NCBI GenBank assembly: GCA_021107795.1
Contig: JAIOSB010000021.1
Span: 5,249-69,248 of the forward strand
DNA from: a bacterium
GTDB taxonomy: Bacteria; Patescibacteriota; Dojkabacteria; SC72
Direction: 5' to 3'
DNA length: 64,000 nucleotides
Shown: piece after piece, positions 18,792 through 29,327 of the stretch
Layout: each line of letters starts with the position of its first letter
How positions within the stretch are numbered: the first letter of the stretch is position 1
Program-made: the position numbers and the translations under genes
The notes under the pieces: generated by a model
Database searches by the model: none
Seen by the model: the letters and a program-made list of their open reading frames with translations, nothing else
What the model was told of the DNA's origin: nothing

Positions 18792-19989
18792 CACTCTCTC
18801 TTGCAAACTTCTCACTGGCATGTACATACCTAGTAGTTGTGTCTAAACTCTCATGACCAAGTAGAACTTGTAGTACTGCAGCGTTTGCACCATTCTCTGC
18901 CATATATGTTGCAAACCCATGTCTTAAACTATGTGCTGATGTAGGAATTTGTATACCTAACCGTCTTCTGTAATCCGCTATCCTCTCCTGAAAGTAGTTG
19001 GTAGAAAGCCTACACTCTTTTTTACGAGTACTTTGACCATGGAAAGGTATAAAGACTGCCTGAGAGTTAAATCTTTCTAAAAACCTATTCCTCCTGTACT
19101 CTTCAATCAACCTAATATACCGTCTACTATCATCTCCACCCTTTAAATCTGCAAACAACCTATCCACCTCTCCAGGACTATCCTCTTTCTCCCTATCCGT
19201 AAACGCATGTTCTAATCTAACTTTCAAATACTTGTTTAACCAATCCATACTCCTAGAAGTTAAAAATACAGCTCTCTCTTTACCACCTTTTCCCAATATA
19301 TACATCTTTCCATCTGTACTGACCTTCTCAAGATCTAAACCAATCAACTCTGAGATACGCATACCAGAGGCAAAGAGCATCTCAAGCATAGTTCTGTTAC
19401 GAAGTGCAACCTTCTCACTCTTCTCGAATTCCATAGGGGACTCTATCAATGATATGAGTTCTTGTATGGAGGCAACCTTCTTAACTCTCTTCTTTGTTCT
19501 AATTAAACTAACCGCATCAGGAGGAAACGGAATATCCCTATCCATCCCAATCTGATACTTAAGATATGATCTGAATGCAGAAAGCATCCTGTTAATACTC
19601 TTCTCATCTAAACCTCCATCTGTTCTACTTCTACTGTTTTGTGGCCTTTCTAATATTCCTAAACTACCATACACTTTTCTGTAAATATCTTCTAAGAAAT
19701 CTTCCCGATATTTTTCAAGATCTTTACCTTCTTTAGTAAGGAACTCCTTTCGTACAATATCTAGTGCATCTAGATGCCTTCCTTCTAGGAGATATCCTTT
19801 GTAATTGCTAATATCATCCTTGGCCATTTTCTCAAAAGGGATATCGTTTGTGTAAAGGTATACGGCTAAGATACACAAATCTCTAGCATAGGTATGTATG
19901 GTTTGTTTACTGTAGGCATTATTTTGTAAATACAACAAAAAGTCATCTTGATTGGGAAGCTTAGGAATGTCTTTAAGTAAGGTACTCAT
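18766..19989 (-). CDS. XerC/XerD-like tyrosine recombinase
   Basis: YSKQTIHTY, LFASGMRISELIGL, GKGGKER, HSLRHGFAT, LLGHESLDTTTRY (R-K-H-R-H-Y catalytic set). Confidence 0.93.
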   Translation of the reverse strand: MSTLLKDIPKLPNQDDFLLYLQNNAYSKQTIHTYARDLCILAVYLYTNDIPFEKMAKDDISNYKGYLLEGRHLDALDIVRKEFLTKEGKDLEKYREDFLEDIYRKVYGSLGILERPQNSRSRTDGGLDEKSINRMLSAFRSYLKYQIGMDRDIPFPPDAVSLIRTKKRVKKVASIQELISLIESPMEFEKSEKVALRNRTMLEMLFASGMRISELIGLDLEKVSTDGKMYILGKGGKERAVFLTSRSMDWLNKYLKVRLEHAFTDREKEDSPGEVDRLFADLKGGDDSRRYIRLIEEYRRNRFLERFNSQAVFIPFHGQSTRKKECRLSTNYFQERIADYRRRLGIQIPTSAHSLRHGFATYMAENGANAAVLQVLLGHESLDTTTRYVHASEKFARESVSKFHPLK

Positions 19990-20034
19990 ATATAGATATA
20001 TTACTACAATATGAAGAGGTAGTATAATGAAGGT

Positions 20035-21516
20035 ATGAATGAAATGTTACAAAACAAATTGGACTCACTTCCTCAAGTACCTGGAGTGTATAAGTTTTTG
20101 AATGAGAAAGGAGAAATCCTTTACATTGGTAAAGCAGTAAGGATTGGGTCTAGAGTAAACTCATACTTTAAGGAAGAGATGTATGATAGGCCAAGGGTTA
20201 GACAAATGATGCCCCTTGTTAGAGATTTAGAAATTGTAGAGACTAACAATGAGGTAGAAGCATTAGTATTGGAATCTGCATTAATTAAGAAATACAAGCC
20301 GAAGTATAACTCAGATCTTAAGGATGATAAGTCATATGCATGGATCTATGTATCAACCAAAGAAGATTTTCCTACAGTTAAGATTGTGAGAAGTACGGAC
20401 AGGAAAGAATACAAGAAAGGAAGACTCTTTGGACCATACCCAAGTGGTCTAGCAGTAAAGAGAGTATTTACCTACCTTCGTAAACTGTACCCATTTTGTA
20501 CATGCTCTAAGAATCAAAAAGAACCATGTCTTAATTTTCATCTAGGACTTTGTCCAGGGCCATATCAAGGGAAGATATCTAAAGAAGATTACAGGGTTAA
20601 TATTAACGAGATTGTAAAGTTTCTAAATGGTCGTAAAAAAGGACAGCTCAAAGAGATGAGAAAGGAGATGAAACAATATTCTAAAGAGAAGAAGTATGAG
20701 AAAGCTGCAGAAGTAAGAGACAGGGTGAAGGATTTGGAATATCTAGGGCAAAATATTGAATTTAACTATCACCAGAACGAATCAAATTACAAAGCTAGGA
20801 GGGTAATATCTAGGAATGAGAGTTTTGAGGAATTGGCTATGGAGTTGGATATTGATAATCTTAATCGTATAGAGTGCTACGATATTTCAAATATGCAAGG
20901 TAAACATGCGTATGGTTCAATGGTAGTATCTGTAGAAGGAAATCTCTCTCGATCACAGTACAGGATATTTAAGATAAGGGGTAAGGATACACCAGATGAT
21001 CCTGCGATGTTAAAAGAGGTATTACAGAGGAGATTGAGGCATATTGGTAAGGATGAGGATGAAAGTTTATGTAGTAAGCCAGATATTGTTTTACTTGATG
21101 GAGCAAAATCACAGCTAGGTGTTGTAAAGAAATACATTGATGACGATATCGTCCTTATGGGTATATCGAAAGGAAAGTATCTTAAGAGAGCCGGTTTGAA
21201 GAAAAGAGATGAGTTTTGGATAGTGAGAGATGGTGAAATATATTCCATAGACCTTGTAAATCCAGCTCTACTTATTGATCTTAGAGATGAAGCTCATAGG
21301 TTTGCGATTACTCATTACAGAAAGAGAGCTATTAAGGAAGGTAAGAGATCTGTTTTGGAAAAAATCCCAGGAATAGGGGAGAAGAGAAGAGGGGGGTTGA
21401 TTAAGAAATTTAAGAATATTGAGAATATAAAGAAGGCGTCTGTTGAGGAAATAGATGAGGTTATTAAGAATAAGAAGGTTTCAGAGAGTGTTAAGAATCT
21501 TCTCCAAGATATTTAA
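20035..21516 (+). CDS. uvrC: Excinuclease ABC subunit C
   Basis: GIY-YIG domain (PGVYKF...LYIGKA), RIECYDISN, LLDG, RDEAHRFA, HhH IPGIG. Confidence 0.96.
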   Translation: MNEMLQNKLDSLPQVPGVYKFLNEKGEILYIGKAVRIGSRVNSYFKEEMYDRPRVRQMMPLVRDLEIVETNNEVEALVLESALIKKYKPKYNSDLKDDKSYAWIYVSTKEDFPTVKIVRSTDRKEYKKGRLFGPYPSGLAVKRVFTYLRKLYPFCTCSKNQKEPCLNFHLGLCPGPYQGKISKEDYRVNINEIVKFLNGRKKGQLKEMRKEMKQYSKEKKYEKAAEVRDRVKDLEYLGQNIEFNYHQNESNYKARRVISRNESFEELAMELDIDNLNRIECYDISNMQGKHAYGSMVVSVEGNLSRSQYRIFKIRGKDTPDDPAMLKEVLQRRLRHIGKDEDESLCSKPDIVLLDGAKSQLGVVKKYIDDDIVLMGISKGKYLKRAGLKKRDEFWIVRDGEIYSIDLVNPALLIDLRDEAHRFAITHYRKRAIKEGKRSVLEKIPGIGEKRRGGLIKKFKNIENIKKASVEEIDEVIKNKKVSESVKNLLQDI

Positions 21517-22534
21517 TATTTTCAATAATATATTGATATAGTGGATCGGATTTATCCTCAGTGCTTAATATATATGTTACGAAGTTCTTTCCATTTTTTA
21601 GTATTAAAATATCTCTTTGTTGTGTATCTGAGGATATTATTCCACTAAGGGATGAGTTTCCTCTAAAGGTAGTTGTAAAAGTATTTATTACATTCCATTC
21701 TTCACTCCCTGTACTTAGGATTTCTACATAGTCATGTAGTTGATAGTCTAGTGCTTTGCTTCCCCAATATCCTACGGGATAGATGGTAATGTAATTCCCG
21801 GAAGATATTTTTTGGAAATTTACAGCTCTTAGGTCTTCGAATTCGGAGACTTCATATCTTACTAAGTACTCCTTTGGGATTTTAATTTGCCATGGATAGT
21901 CTGGTAGAAGTTCTTGATTATCACTACCAGCTAGTAGCATATCTATCTCTATTTCATTGCTAATTCTATTACTCAGTCCATTCCTTGCTTCCTCTATTGT
22001 GATATATTCGTACCAAATATCATCAAATTTAGAATATATCCTTAATCCTTTCTCACTGTTTACCCAATATTGTCCATATTTCTTTCCCTCACTCCCTATC
22101 AAAATATCCAAGACTAATTCCCACCCTTTATCGTTTAATTCATTGATGTAATATTCTTTTACTTCATCAAAACTACTCCTGTCCGTTATCTCATATGCAC
22201 TTTGTCCACTTGCTAGCATATCTTTTACTGTTTGATTGTCCATATTGTTATGGTAAAGGAACATACTATTTGGGTATATGGGGATATCCTCTAATCCTAA
22301 TACAGTCTCTGTTTTTATACTTTCCTCATCAGGTGTGTGAGTGAGTTTCAGGATTAATCCAAAGACTACACTTATACATATACCTATGATTGTAGTGTAG
22401 AAGAGTATCTTTCTAACATTAATCTTTTGCTTTAGCCCTTGTACTCTCCTTTTGTTCCTTGATCTTTTTAGGCTAGATCCTTTAGTTTTGAAGAAAACTT
22501 TCTTATCTTTAGTAACTTTTTTTCTTTTTCCCAT
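21491..22534 (-). CDS. Hypothetical single-pass membrane protein
   Basis: Basic N-terminus, one TM helix, large acidic extracellular domain. Confidence 0.65.
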   Translation of the reverse strand: MGKRKKVTKDKKVFFKTKGSSLKRSRNKRRVQGLKQKINVRKILFYTTIIGICISVVFGLILKLTHTPDEESIKTETVLGLEDIPIYPNSMFLYHNNMDNQTVKDMLASGQSAYEITDRSSFDEVKEYYINELNDKGWELVLDILIGSEGKKYGQYWVNSEKGLRIYSKFDDIWYEYITIEEARNGLSNRISNEIEIDMLLAGSDNQELLPDYPWQIKIPKEYLVRYEVSEFEDLRAVNFQKISSGNYITIYPVGYWGSKALDYQLHDYVEILSTGSEEWNVINTFTTTFRGNSSLSGIISSDTQQRDILILKNGKNFVTYILSTEDKSDPLYQYIIENIKYLGEDS

Positions 22535-22601
22535 TATTTAAGATTACTTTGTAAGAGATATTTTTTCAATATGGGTGTTTTGTAGTATAATTACAAATTA
22601 C

Positions 22602-22676
22602 TGCGGGATCGTCTAATTGGTAGGACGCCGGCCTTTGAAGCCGAGAATCATAGTTCGAGTCTATGTCCCGCAACCA
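22602..22676 (+). tRNA. tRNA-Gln (TTG)
   Basis: Acceptor TGCGGGA/TCCCGCA, anticodon loop CTTTGAA, T arm CATAG-TTCGAGT-CTATG, encoded CCA. Confidence 0.95.
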
Positions 22677-22712
22677 ATAGGAGAAATTGCAGATCTCTGA
22701 TAAGATATACAT

Positions 22713-23525
22713 ATGAGTAAAAAGAACTGTCTTTTAATTGTATTTGTAGTGATTCTAACTGTTTGTGTATTGACTGCTACCCTTCTCTATCTCCAAAAAG
22801 AAGAAACTTCCTACTGGATTCCACAAGTAGGAGATTCATTCCAATGGCAACTCTCTGGTTCTCCAATTGATACAACCATTGAAGTAGATATCTACGACAT
22901 AGATCTATTCGAAACACCCCAAGAAGTTATAGATAACCTTCATACAAATGATAAGAAGGTCATCTGCTATATCAATGTAGGAGCATGGGAACAATTTCGT
23001 AATGATTCAGACCAGTTTAAAGAAGAAATACTTGGAAACAACTGCGAAGGATGGGAAGGTGAAAGATGGCTTGATATTAGTAGGTATGAGATATTTAGTG
23101 ACATTTTAGAACAACGCTTTGATCTTGCTAAAGAAAAAGGCTGTGACGCTATCGAACCAGACAACATACAAGGATATCAAGAAGAAACAGGTTTCGATTT
23201 AACATACGAGGATCAACTAACCTACAATATATGGCTTGCCCACCAAGCACACTCAAGAGGTATGTCTATTGGTCTTAAAAACAATCCGGATCAAGTAGGA
23301 GATCTTGTAGAGCACTACGATTGGGCATTATTGGAGGATTGTCATGTATGGGAGTTTTGTGAAGAGTTCAAACCATTTATTCAAGAAGGAAAGGCTGTCT
23401 TTCAAGTGGAGTATGTGGATAGTGAGATAGGGTTAAATGATTTTTGTAGTGAAAGTGTTTCCAATAACTACTTTGGTATACTGAAGAATAGGGAATTAGA
23501 TAGTTGGGTAGAGTTTTGTAATTAA
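22713..23525 (+). CDS. Endo-alpha-1,4-polygalactosaminidase (GH114)
   Basis: FQWQL, YDIDLF, VICYINVGAWE, GERWLDI, KGCDAIEPDN, GLKN, VFQVEY. Confidence 0.9.
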   Translation: MSKKNCLLIVFVVILTVCVLTATLLYLQKEETSYWIPQVGDSFQWQLSGSPIDTTIEVDIYDIDLFETPQEVIDNLHTNDKKVICYINVGAWEQFRNDSDQFKEEILGNNCEGWEGERWLDISRYEIFSDILEQRFDLAKEKGCDAIEPDNIQGYQEETGFDLTYEDQLTYNIWLAHQAHSRGMSIGLKNNPDQVGDLVEHYDWALLEDCHVWEFCEEFKPFIQEGKAVFQVEYVDSEIGLNDFCSESVSNNYFGILKNRELDSWVEFCN

Positions 23526-23541
23526 CTTATTATAAAAGGAT

Positions 23542-23805
23542 ATGGGAAAGAAAAATCTTAGTTGGATATGGAAGAATTTGTTAGTGATAGTGGTTAGTGC
23601 TATTGGTGGAGGTATGTTTTCAATTGTGTATGGGATTCAGGTTTGGTTCCCAGTACAAATGTCCGAATTGTCCGGATTGGAAGCTCTGTTTGGTGTAGTT
23701 CCAATCCTTCTAGTCACAGTAATTCTTTTCGGACTTCTTGGTTTGGTTGTGGGAGGGATAATAGGAATAGTGGTTTATCAAATAATTAGGTTAGTACGGA
23801 AGTAG
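23542..23805 (+). CDS. Small membrane protein
   Basis: 87 aa with two hydrophobic helices; AAGGA SD upstream. Confidence 0.6.
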   Translation: MGKKNLSWIWKNLLVIVVSAIGGGMFSIVYGIQVWFPVQMSELSGLEALFGVVPILLVTVILFGLLGLVVGGIIGIVVYQIIRLVRK

Positions 23806-23824
23806 CAGAATGATATAATGTCTC

Positions 23825-24697
23825 ATGCACAAACCCCTTCAAACTAAATCTGCTCTACACAAACTTAAATCAAACTACCTACCATACAAATACGATCTAA
23901 ACATATACAGAGGATGTAAACATAACTGTATATACTGCTTTGCCCAATACTCTCACCAATACTTAGAATCAAAAGACTTCTTTAATGATATTTACTACAA
24001 AGAAAATATAGTAGAGGTATTAGAAAAAGAATTAAGCTCTAGGAACTGGAAAGGAGAAGTAATAAACATTGGGGGAGTTACAGATACATACCAACCAATA
24101 GAAAAGGAGATGGAGTTAATGCCTAAGATTCTCAAACTAATGATTAAATATGAAAACCCAGTAAGTATATGTACTAAATCAGACCTAATACTAAGAGATA
24201 TAGAATTGATAAAAGAACTAAGTGAGAAAACTGTAGTAAACATTGCCTCCAGTATTACATGTAAAGATGAAAAAGTTCGTAAAAAATTTGAACCATACTC
24301 CCCATCTACAATGCGAAGGTTTGACATGTTGGAAAGAATTAAGAAAGAAACAAAAGCTAGTACAGGAATATTAATGATGCCCATATTCCCATATATTACG
24401 GATAGTGTAGAGAATCTGGAATATATCTTTAAGAAGGCTAAAGAGTTGGATGTTGAGTTTGTACTACCCGCTATCCTTAATCTAAAAGGAGATACTAAAG
24501 AAAAAGTATTTAGTTTTTTACAAAAAGAATACCCCTTACTTCTACCTAAGTATGAAAGGATGTACAAAGGGGCATTTGTAGAGAAGGTGTATAGGGATGC
24601 TTTCTATATTAAAATTAGGAATATTAAGAAGAAATACAATTTCCAAAACAAAGGAGTTAAGTATGAACCGGAAAGGCAGTTGTCTATATTTACTTAA
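23825..24697 (+). CDS. SPL-like (spore photoproduct lyase/Rv2578c family) radical SAM protein
   Basis: NIYRGCKHNCIYCFA, GGVTDTYQPIE, TKSDLILRD, PIFPYITD; C-terminal QLSIF resembles a beta-clamp binding motif. Confidence 0.88.
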   Translation: MHKPLQTKSALHKLKSNYLPYKYDLNIYRGCKHNCIYCFAQYSHQYLESKDFFNDIYYKENIVEVLEKELSSRNWKGEVINIGGVTDTYQPIEKEMELMPKILKLMIKYENPVSICTKSDLILRDIELIKELSEKTVVNIASSITCKDEKVRKKFEPYSPSTMRRFDMLERIKKETKASTGILMMPIFPYITDSVENLEYIFKKAKELDVEFVLPAILNLKGDTKEKVFSFLQKEYPLLLPKYERMYKGAFVEKVYRDAFYIKIRNIKKKYNFQNKGVKYEPERQLSIFT

Positions 24698-25469
24698 ATA
24701 ACCGAAGGGTCTCTTTATACCCCATACCGATGTATTCAACCCTATTCTCTACCATCTTCTTAAGTGAAGTGTTCTCGATATTGACAAACAATTTCTTGTT
24801 TGCAGATTCTAAGTCTTTCTGTGCAATATGGTACAAATTTGTTAGATATACCCTATTTGATAAGTCTGCAATATTAAGTTTCTTTTCATCATTCTCAAAC
24901 AATCCTTGGACATTTACTCCAAAAACTTTCCTTCCTCCAATACTCTTCACGGCATGAACAGGAACACTTTCGGCAAGAGCCCCATCTACTAGATATCTAC
25001 CATTGTCTTCGAAAGGTTTGAAAACAAGAGGAATAGACGAACTGGCCCTCATTGCATCTTTGAGAAATCCTGAAGTATGATACACTTTCTGTCCTGTCAG
25101 AATATCTACACTAACAGCAATGAAGGGGATTACACAATCGGAGAGATCTGCATTACCGACATACTTCTCGAGCTCTTTCATAAAAGCGTCTCCTTTTAAG
25201 ACGCCATTAAGTAATCCAACATCACTACCAAAGATTTGAAGTAATCGTTTTGTATCATATCCAACAAATATCTCCTCAACTTGAGAAATATTCCCCCACA
25301 ATGCATACATCCCTCCAATTAAGGCACCTATACTAGTGCCACCAATATGAGTAATCTCAATATCTAGTTCTTCAAGAGCTTTGATTACACCAATATGTAC
25401 AAAGCCCTTAACTCCACCTGAACCAAGTGCTAGTGCATAGCGTGTCTTACCTTTGAGAAATTCAAACAT
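24690..25469 (-). CDS. Patatin-like phospholipase
   Basis: ALGSGGVKG, GTSIG nucleophile elbow, DGA motif. Confidence 0.92.
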   Translation of the reverse strand: MFEFLKGKTRYALALGSGGVKGFVHIGVIKALEELDIEITHIGGTSIGALIGGMYALWGNISQVEEIFVGYDTKRLLQIFGSDVGLLNGVLKGDAFMKELEKYVGNADLSDCVIPFIAVSVDILTGQKVYHTSGFLKDAMRASSSIPLVFKPFEDNGRYLVDGALAESVPVHAVKSIGGRKVFGVNVQGLFENDEKKLNIADLSNRVYLTNLYHIAQKDLESANKKLFVNIENTSLKKMVENRVEYIGMGYKETLRLFK

Positions 25470-25473
25470 TTAT

Positions 25474-27462
25474 TTATATACTTAATTTAATATCCTTAAC
25501 CTGATCCCTTAACTCTGTTGCTTTCTCAAACTGTAAATTAGAAGCTGCAAACAACATCTTAGATTCTAAATCTTTAATAAGTGATTTCTTCTGTCTCTCT
25601 GACAAAGCCTTAATATCAAACTCTACAGACCTATCTTCCAACTTCTCTTTTTCTACCAAAGAATCCCTAATATCCTTCTTAATACTAGTAGGAGTAATGC
25701 CATGCTCCTTGTTGTAGTGTGTCTGGTACTCTCTTCTACGATTAGTCTCATCAATAGCATACTTCATACTCTCTGTATGCTTATCTGCGTACATAATGAC
25801 TCTTCCCTCTACATGCCTTGCAGCACGACCAATGGTTTGTACTAAACTAATCTTTGATCTTAAGAACCCCTCCTTGTCAGCATCCAATATTAATACTAAA
25901 GAAACCTCTGGCAAATCGATACCCTCTCTAAGTAAATTAATACCTACAACTACATCATATTTACCAAGTCTTAAATCCCGAAGTATTTCTACTCTCTCTA
26001 CAGTATCAATATCTGAGTGAAGATATTGGACTTTCACATTTAACTCCTTGAGATAGTCTGTGAGATCTTCTGACATTTTCTTAGTAAGAGTTGTAACAAT
26101 TACCCTCTGTCCCTTCTCTACATTCTTACTAATCTCTGTAATTACATCATCAATTTGATTCTCTGTAGGCCTAACATCAACTACAGGATCTAGCAACCCT
26201 GTAGGTCTAGTAAGTAACTCTCGTACACACTCATTACTATCCAATATCTCCCATTCATTAGGAGTAGCAGAGAAATATATGGTTTTACCTTGCTTCTTCC
26301 TAAATTCTTCAAAGTTAAGAGGTCTGTTGTCATATGCACTAGGCAATCGAAAACCATACTCAATTAAATTGGTCTTCCTTGCCCTATCTCCATTGTGCAT
26401 ACCTCCAACTTGAGGAATTGTGATGTGACTTTCATCAACAAGTAAGAGATAGTCACTAGGAAAGTAATCAAGAAGAGAAAATGGAGGCTCTCCTGCATGT
26501 CTACCATCGAAATATATGGAGTAGTTCTCCATACTCTTGCAATATCCGACTTCCATAAGCATTTCAATATCATACATAGTTTTTTGCTCTAGCCTTTGGG
26601 CTTCCACCAACTTCCCAATATTTTTAAGAAAATCAACACGCTTCTTTAAATCAATCTTAATCATCTCAATCGCATTTGATATTGTAGACTGTTCAAATAC
26701 TAAGGGTGTAGCTGGAAATACATCTAGCTCCTTAAGCTCTTCCGTCTTCTGTCTTGTAATCGGATGTATCCTAGATATGGCATCAATCTCATTACCCCAA
26801 AATTCGATTCTAACAGGATATTCGTCATATGGCATATATATCTCCACATTATCCCCCGATATTCTAAATCCCTTCCTTTCTAGATCATACTGGTTGCGCT
26901 CATATCTCATAAGGGTGAGCTGTTTAGAAAGTGTATCTAGATCAATATTTTGACCAATATTAAGGTAAATAGCCTTATCTCTGTAATTCTCAGGACTTCC
27001 AATATTGTAAATACAAGATACAGAAGCTACTACAATGGTATCTGTCCGATTAAGAAGTGCGTTCATAGCACTACTCCTCATCGCCTCTATCTCATCATTC
27101 ACTTGAGACTCTTTTTCAATGTAGAGATCTTTAGAAGGAACATATGCTTCTGGTTGGTAGTAATCGTAGTAAGATACGAAATATTTAACAGCATTACTTG
27201 GGAAAAACTCTTTAAACTCTTCATAGAGTTGTGCAGCTAGAGTTTTGTTGTGAGAGAGTATTAGTGCAGGCTTGTTGTACTTCTCAATTAGATTAGCCAT
27301 TACAAATGTTTTCCCTGAACCTGTAACACCAAGTAAGGTTTGTTTACCATTTCCCTGTGAGAGACCCGTATCAAGTAGTGAGATTACTTGAGTTTGATCT
27401 TTAGAGGGATTAAATTTTGATTCTAATTCGAATTTTCTCTTAATCATCTCAGATTTTAACAT
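25474..27462 (-). CDS. uvrB: Excinuclease ABC subunit B
   Basis: GVTGSGKT, HNKTLAAQLY, SYYDYYQPEAY, DESH, GINLLREG, QTIGRAAR, C-terminal UVR domain. Confidence 0.98.
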   Translation of the reverse strand: MLKSEMIKRKFELESKFNPSKDQTQVISLLDTGLSQGNGKQTLLGVTGSGKTFVMANLIEKYNKPALILSHNKTLAAQLYEEFKEFFPSNAVKYFVSYYDYYQPEAYVPSKDLYIEKESQVNDEIEAMRSSAMNALLNRTDTIVVASVSCIYNIGSPENYRDKAIYLNIGQNIDLDTLSKQLTLMRYERNQYDLERKGFRISGDNVEIYMPYDEYPVRIEFWGNEIDAISRIHPITRQKTEELKELDVFPATPLVFEQSTISNAIEMIKIDLKKRVDFLKNIGKLVEAQRLEQKTMYDIEMLMEVGYCKSMENYSIYFDGRHAGEPPFSLLDYFPSDYLLLVDESHITIPQVGGMHNGDRARKTNLIEYGFRLPSAYDNRPLNFEEFRKKQGKTIYFSATPNEWEILDSNECVRELLTRPTGLLDPVVDVRPTENQIDDVITEISKNVEKGQRVIVTTLTKKMSEDLTDYLKELNVKVQYLHSDIDTVERVEILRDLRLGKYDVVVGINLLREGIDLPEVSLVLILDADKEGFLRSKISLVQTIGRAARHVEGRVIMYADKHTESMKYAIDETNRRREYQTHYNKEHGITPTSIKKDIRDSLVEKEKLEDRSVEFDIKALSERQKKSLIKDLESKMLFAASNLQFEKATELRDQVKDIKLSI

Positions 27463-27494
27463 ATCTACACTCTGCTTGTGTTACAATATGTTGT

Positions 27495-29327
27495 ATGAAA
27501 AAGAAATTACAGCTAAACAAACTCTCTAGTGAAGTTATAAATCAGATTGCAGCCGGAGAGGTAATTGAAAGACCCTCGTCCATAGTGAAAGAGCTAGTAG
27601 ACAACAGTATTGATGCTGGAGCTAGCAAGATTGTAATTAGGATTAGAGATGGAGGAATGTCATTAATTGAGGTAAGTGACAATGGGGGGGGTATACCAAA
27701 AGAAAATCTTTCAGATATATTCCTTGCTCACACTACTACAAAATTAGCCAATATGGATGATCTTAACACTCTCCTTAGTATGGGGTTTAGAGGAGAAGCC
27801 CTCTCTACCATTGTGGCAGTTTCTAAGGTCTCTGTGACATCAAAATATGATGGGGAGAAAGTAGGGAACAAGATATCATTTACATCTGACAGTGAATCTA
27901 AAGTTTCAAGTACTCCCAGAGAAAGTGGTACTGTTGTAAAAGTTGAAGATATCTTTGAGAATATTCCAGTTAGAAAAAAATATCTTAAAACTGTACAGAC
28001 GGAATACAGACACATTGTAGATATATTAACTCCCTACTTCTTAATATATCCCAATATTCACTTCGAACTTTTCAAGAATGACAAACAGGTCATTAATCTC
28101 CTATCTAAAGAAGTAAATTCTGGAATATTGGATAAAGATAGAGTAAAAGAAGTACTTAAACAAGATTTTGTGGATAGGATGGAAAAGGTGTTTTTTGAAG
28201 GTAATGGTATTAAGGTTTCTGGCTTAACTGCACATCCATCAGATCATAAGAAGAGAACTAAGTTTCAACATATCTTTGTGAATGGAAGAAGCGTATGGGA
28301 CAATGGGATTGCCAGAGCTGTAATACAGGGCTATGAGCGATATATCCCTCATGGAGAAAAGATCCCTTTCATAATTACAATCAATATCAATCCTGAATTG
28401 GTAGATGTGAATATCCATCCAAGAAAAGAAGAGGTGAAATTTCTTAACCCCTACAGAGTTTTCTCTGCGGTTGAGCAGGCAGTGTCCAAAGCTCTTGAGA
28501 AATTGGTTAGTTACAAAGATGTGGGGAAAAAGAATGTGGGTGATTCAAAAGCTCAATATATTCCAGATTTTACTAGAAAATCAAAAGACTATGCATCTTC
28601 AAAGAATATTACTTTCTCTAAGAGAGGATCAGTAAGTGATAGCTTGAAGTTTAGTGAAGCAATATTAAAGGAATCCAAACCTTTGGGTGCATCTGATATC
28701 GGTATCCAGACATCATTCTTAAAACCAGAGAAGGAAGTTGGGGAGTATAAAGCAAAAGAAGTTGTTTCTTTTTATCAAATCTTTAAGAAATATGTCATTG
28801 TGGAGTTTGAGAATGAAATATGGATTGTTGATCAGCATGCAGCAGCAGAGAGAGTTACCTTTGAGAAACTCTCAAAGAGTGTAGAGATTAAAAATACTGA
28901 TATTCAGAATCTCTTGGTTCCAACAGAGATGGGTATTACACACTCTGATATCGAATTTCTAAAGGAATACAAGAAAATGGTAAACAATCTAGGTTTTGAT
29001 ATTGAGATTAAAAAGGGAAGACTGTCAATTAAATCCATTCCTGTAGAGTTTGTACATGCAGATATTGAGAAACTGTTTAACGATATCTTTGATATGGATA
29101 TTGAAGACAGTAAGAAGAATTTAGATAGGCTTAAGATGGATATGGTAGCTACTATGGCTTGTCATACAAGTATTAGGGCTGGGCAAAGGTTAGATATTCC
29201 ATTAATGAAGGATGTGTATTACAATCTACTAGATTGTGACAATCCATATTCTTGTCCTCATGGAAGACCAATTGTATGGAGAATGAGTATAGAGGAGATA
29301 GATAGTAAATTTGATAGGACATATTAA
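27495..29327 (+). CDS. mutL: DNA mismatch repair endonuclease MutL
   Basis: IAAGEVIERP, KELVDNSIDAG, GFRGEAL, DVNIHP, DQHAAAER, CPHGRP. Confidence 0.97.
   Translation: MKKKLQLNKLSSEVINQIAAGEVIERPSSIVKELVDNSIDAGASKIVIRIRDGGMSLIEVSDNGGGIPKENLSDIFLAHTTTKLANMDDLNTLLSMGFRGEALSTIVAVSKVSVTSKYDGEKVGNKISFTSDSESKVSSTPRESGTVVKVEDIFENIPVRKKYLKTVQTEYRHIVDILTPYFLIYPNIHFELFKNDKQVINLLSKEVNSGILDKDRVKEVLKQDFVDRMEKVFFEGNGIKVSGLTAHPSDHKKRTKFQHIFVNGRSVWDNGIARAVIQGYERYIPHGEKIPFIITININPELVDVNIHPRKEEVKFLNPYRVFSAVEQAVSKALEKLVSYKDVGKKNVGDSKAQYIPDFTRKSKDYASSKNITFSKRGSVSDSLKFSEAILKESKPLGASDIGIQTSFLKPEKEVGEYKAKEVVSFYQIFKKYVIVEFENEIWIVDQHAAAERVTFEKLSKSVEIKNTDIQNLLVPTEMGITHSDIEFLKEYKKMVNNLGFDIEIKKGRLSIKSIPVEFVHADIEKLFNDIFDMDIEDSKKNLDRLKMDMVATMACHTSIRAGQRLDIPLMKDVYYNLLDCDNPYSCPHGRPIVWRMSIEEIDSKFDRTY

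Noticed and set aside
18766-19989. Tyrosine recombinase as a prophage, ICE or integron integrase
   Set aside because: Flanked by housekeeping genes. No att repeats, attC-like arrays or phage genes were seen, so a Xer-like role is more parsimonious.
23825-24697. Second radical SAM as a peptide maturase
   Set aside because: SPL/Rv2578c-type motifs, no SPASM or RRE, and located among DNA repair genes.
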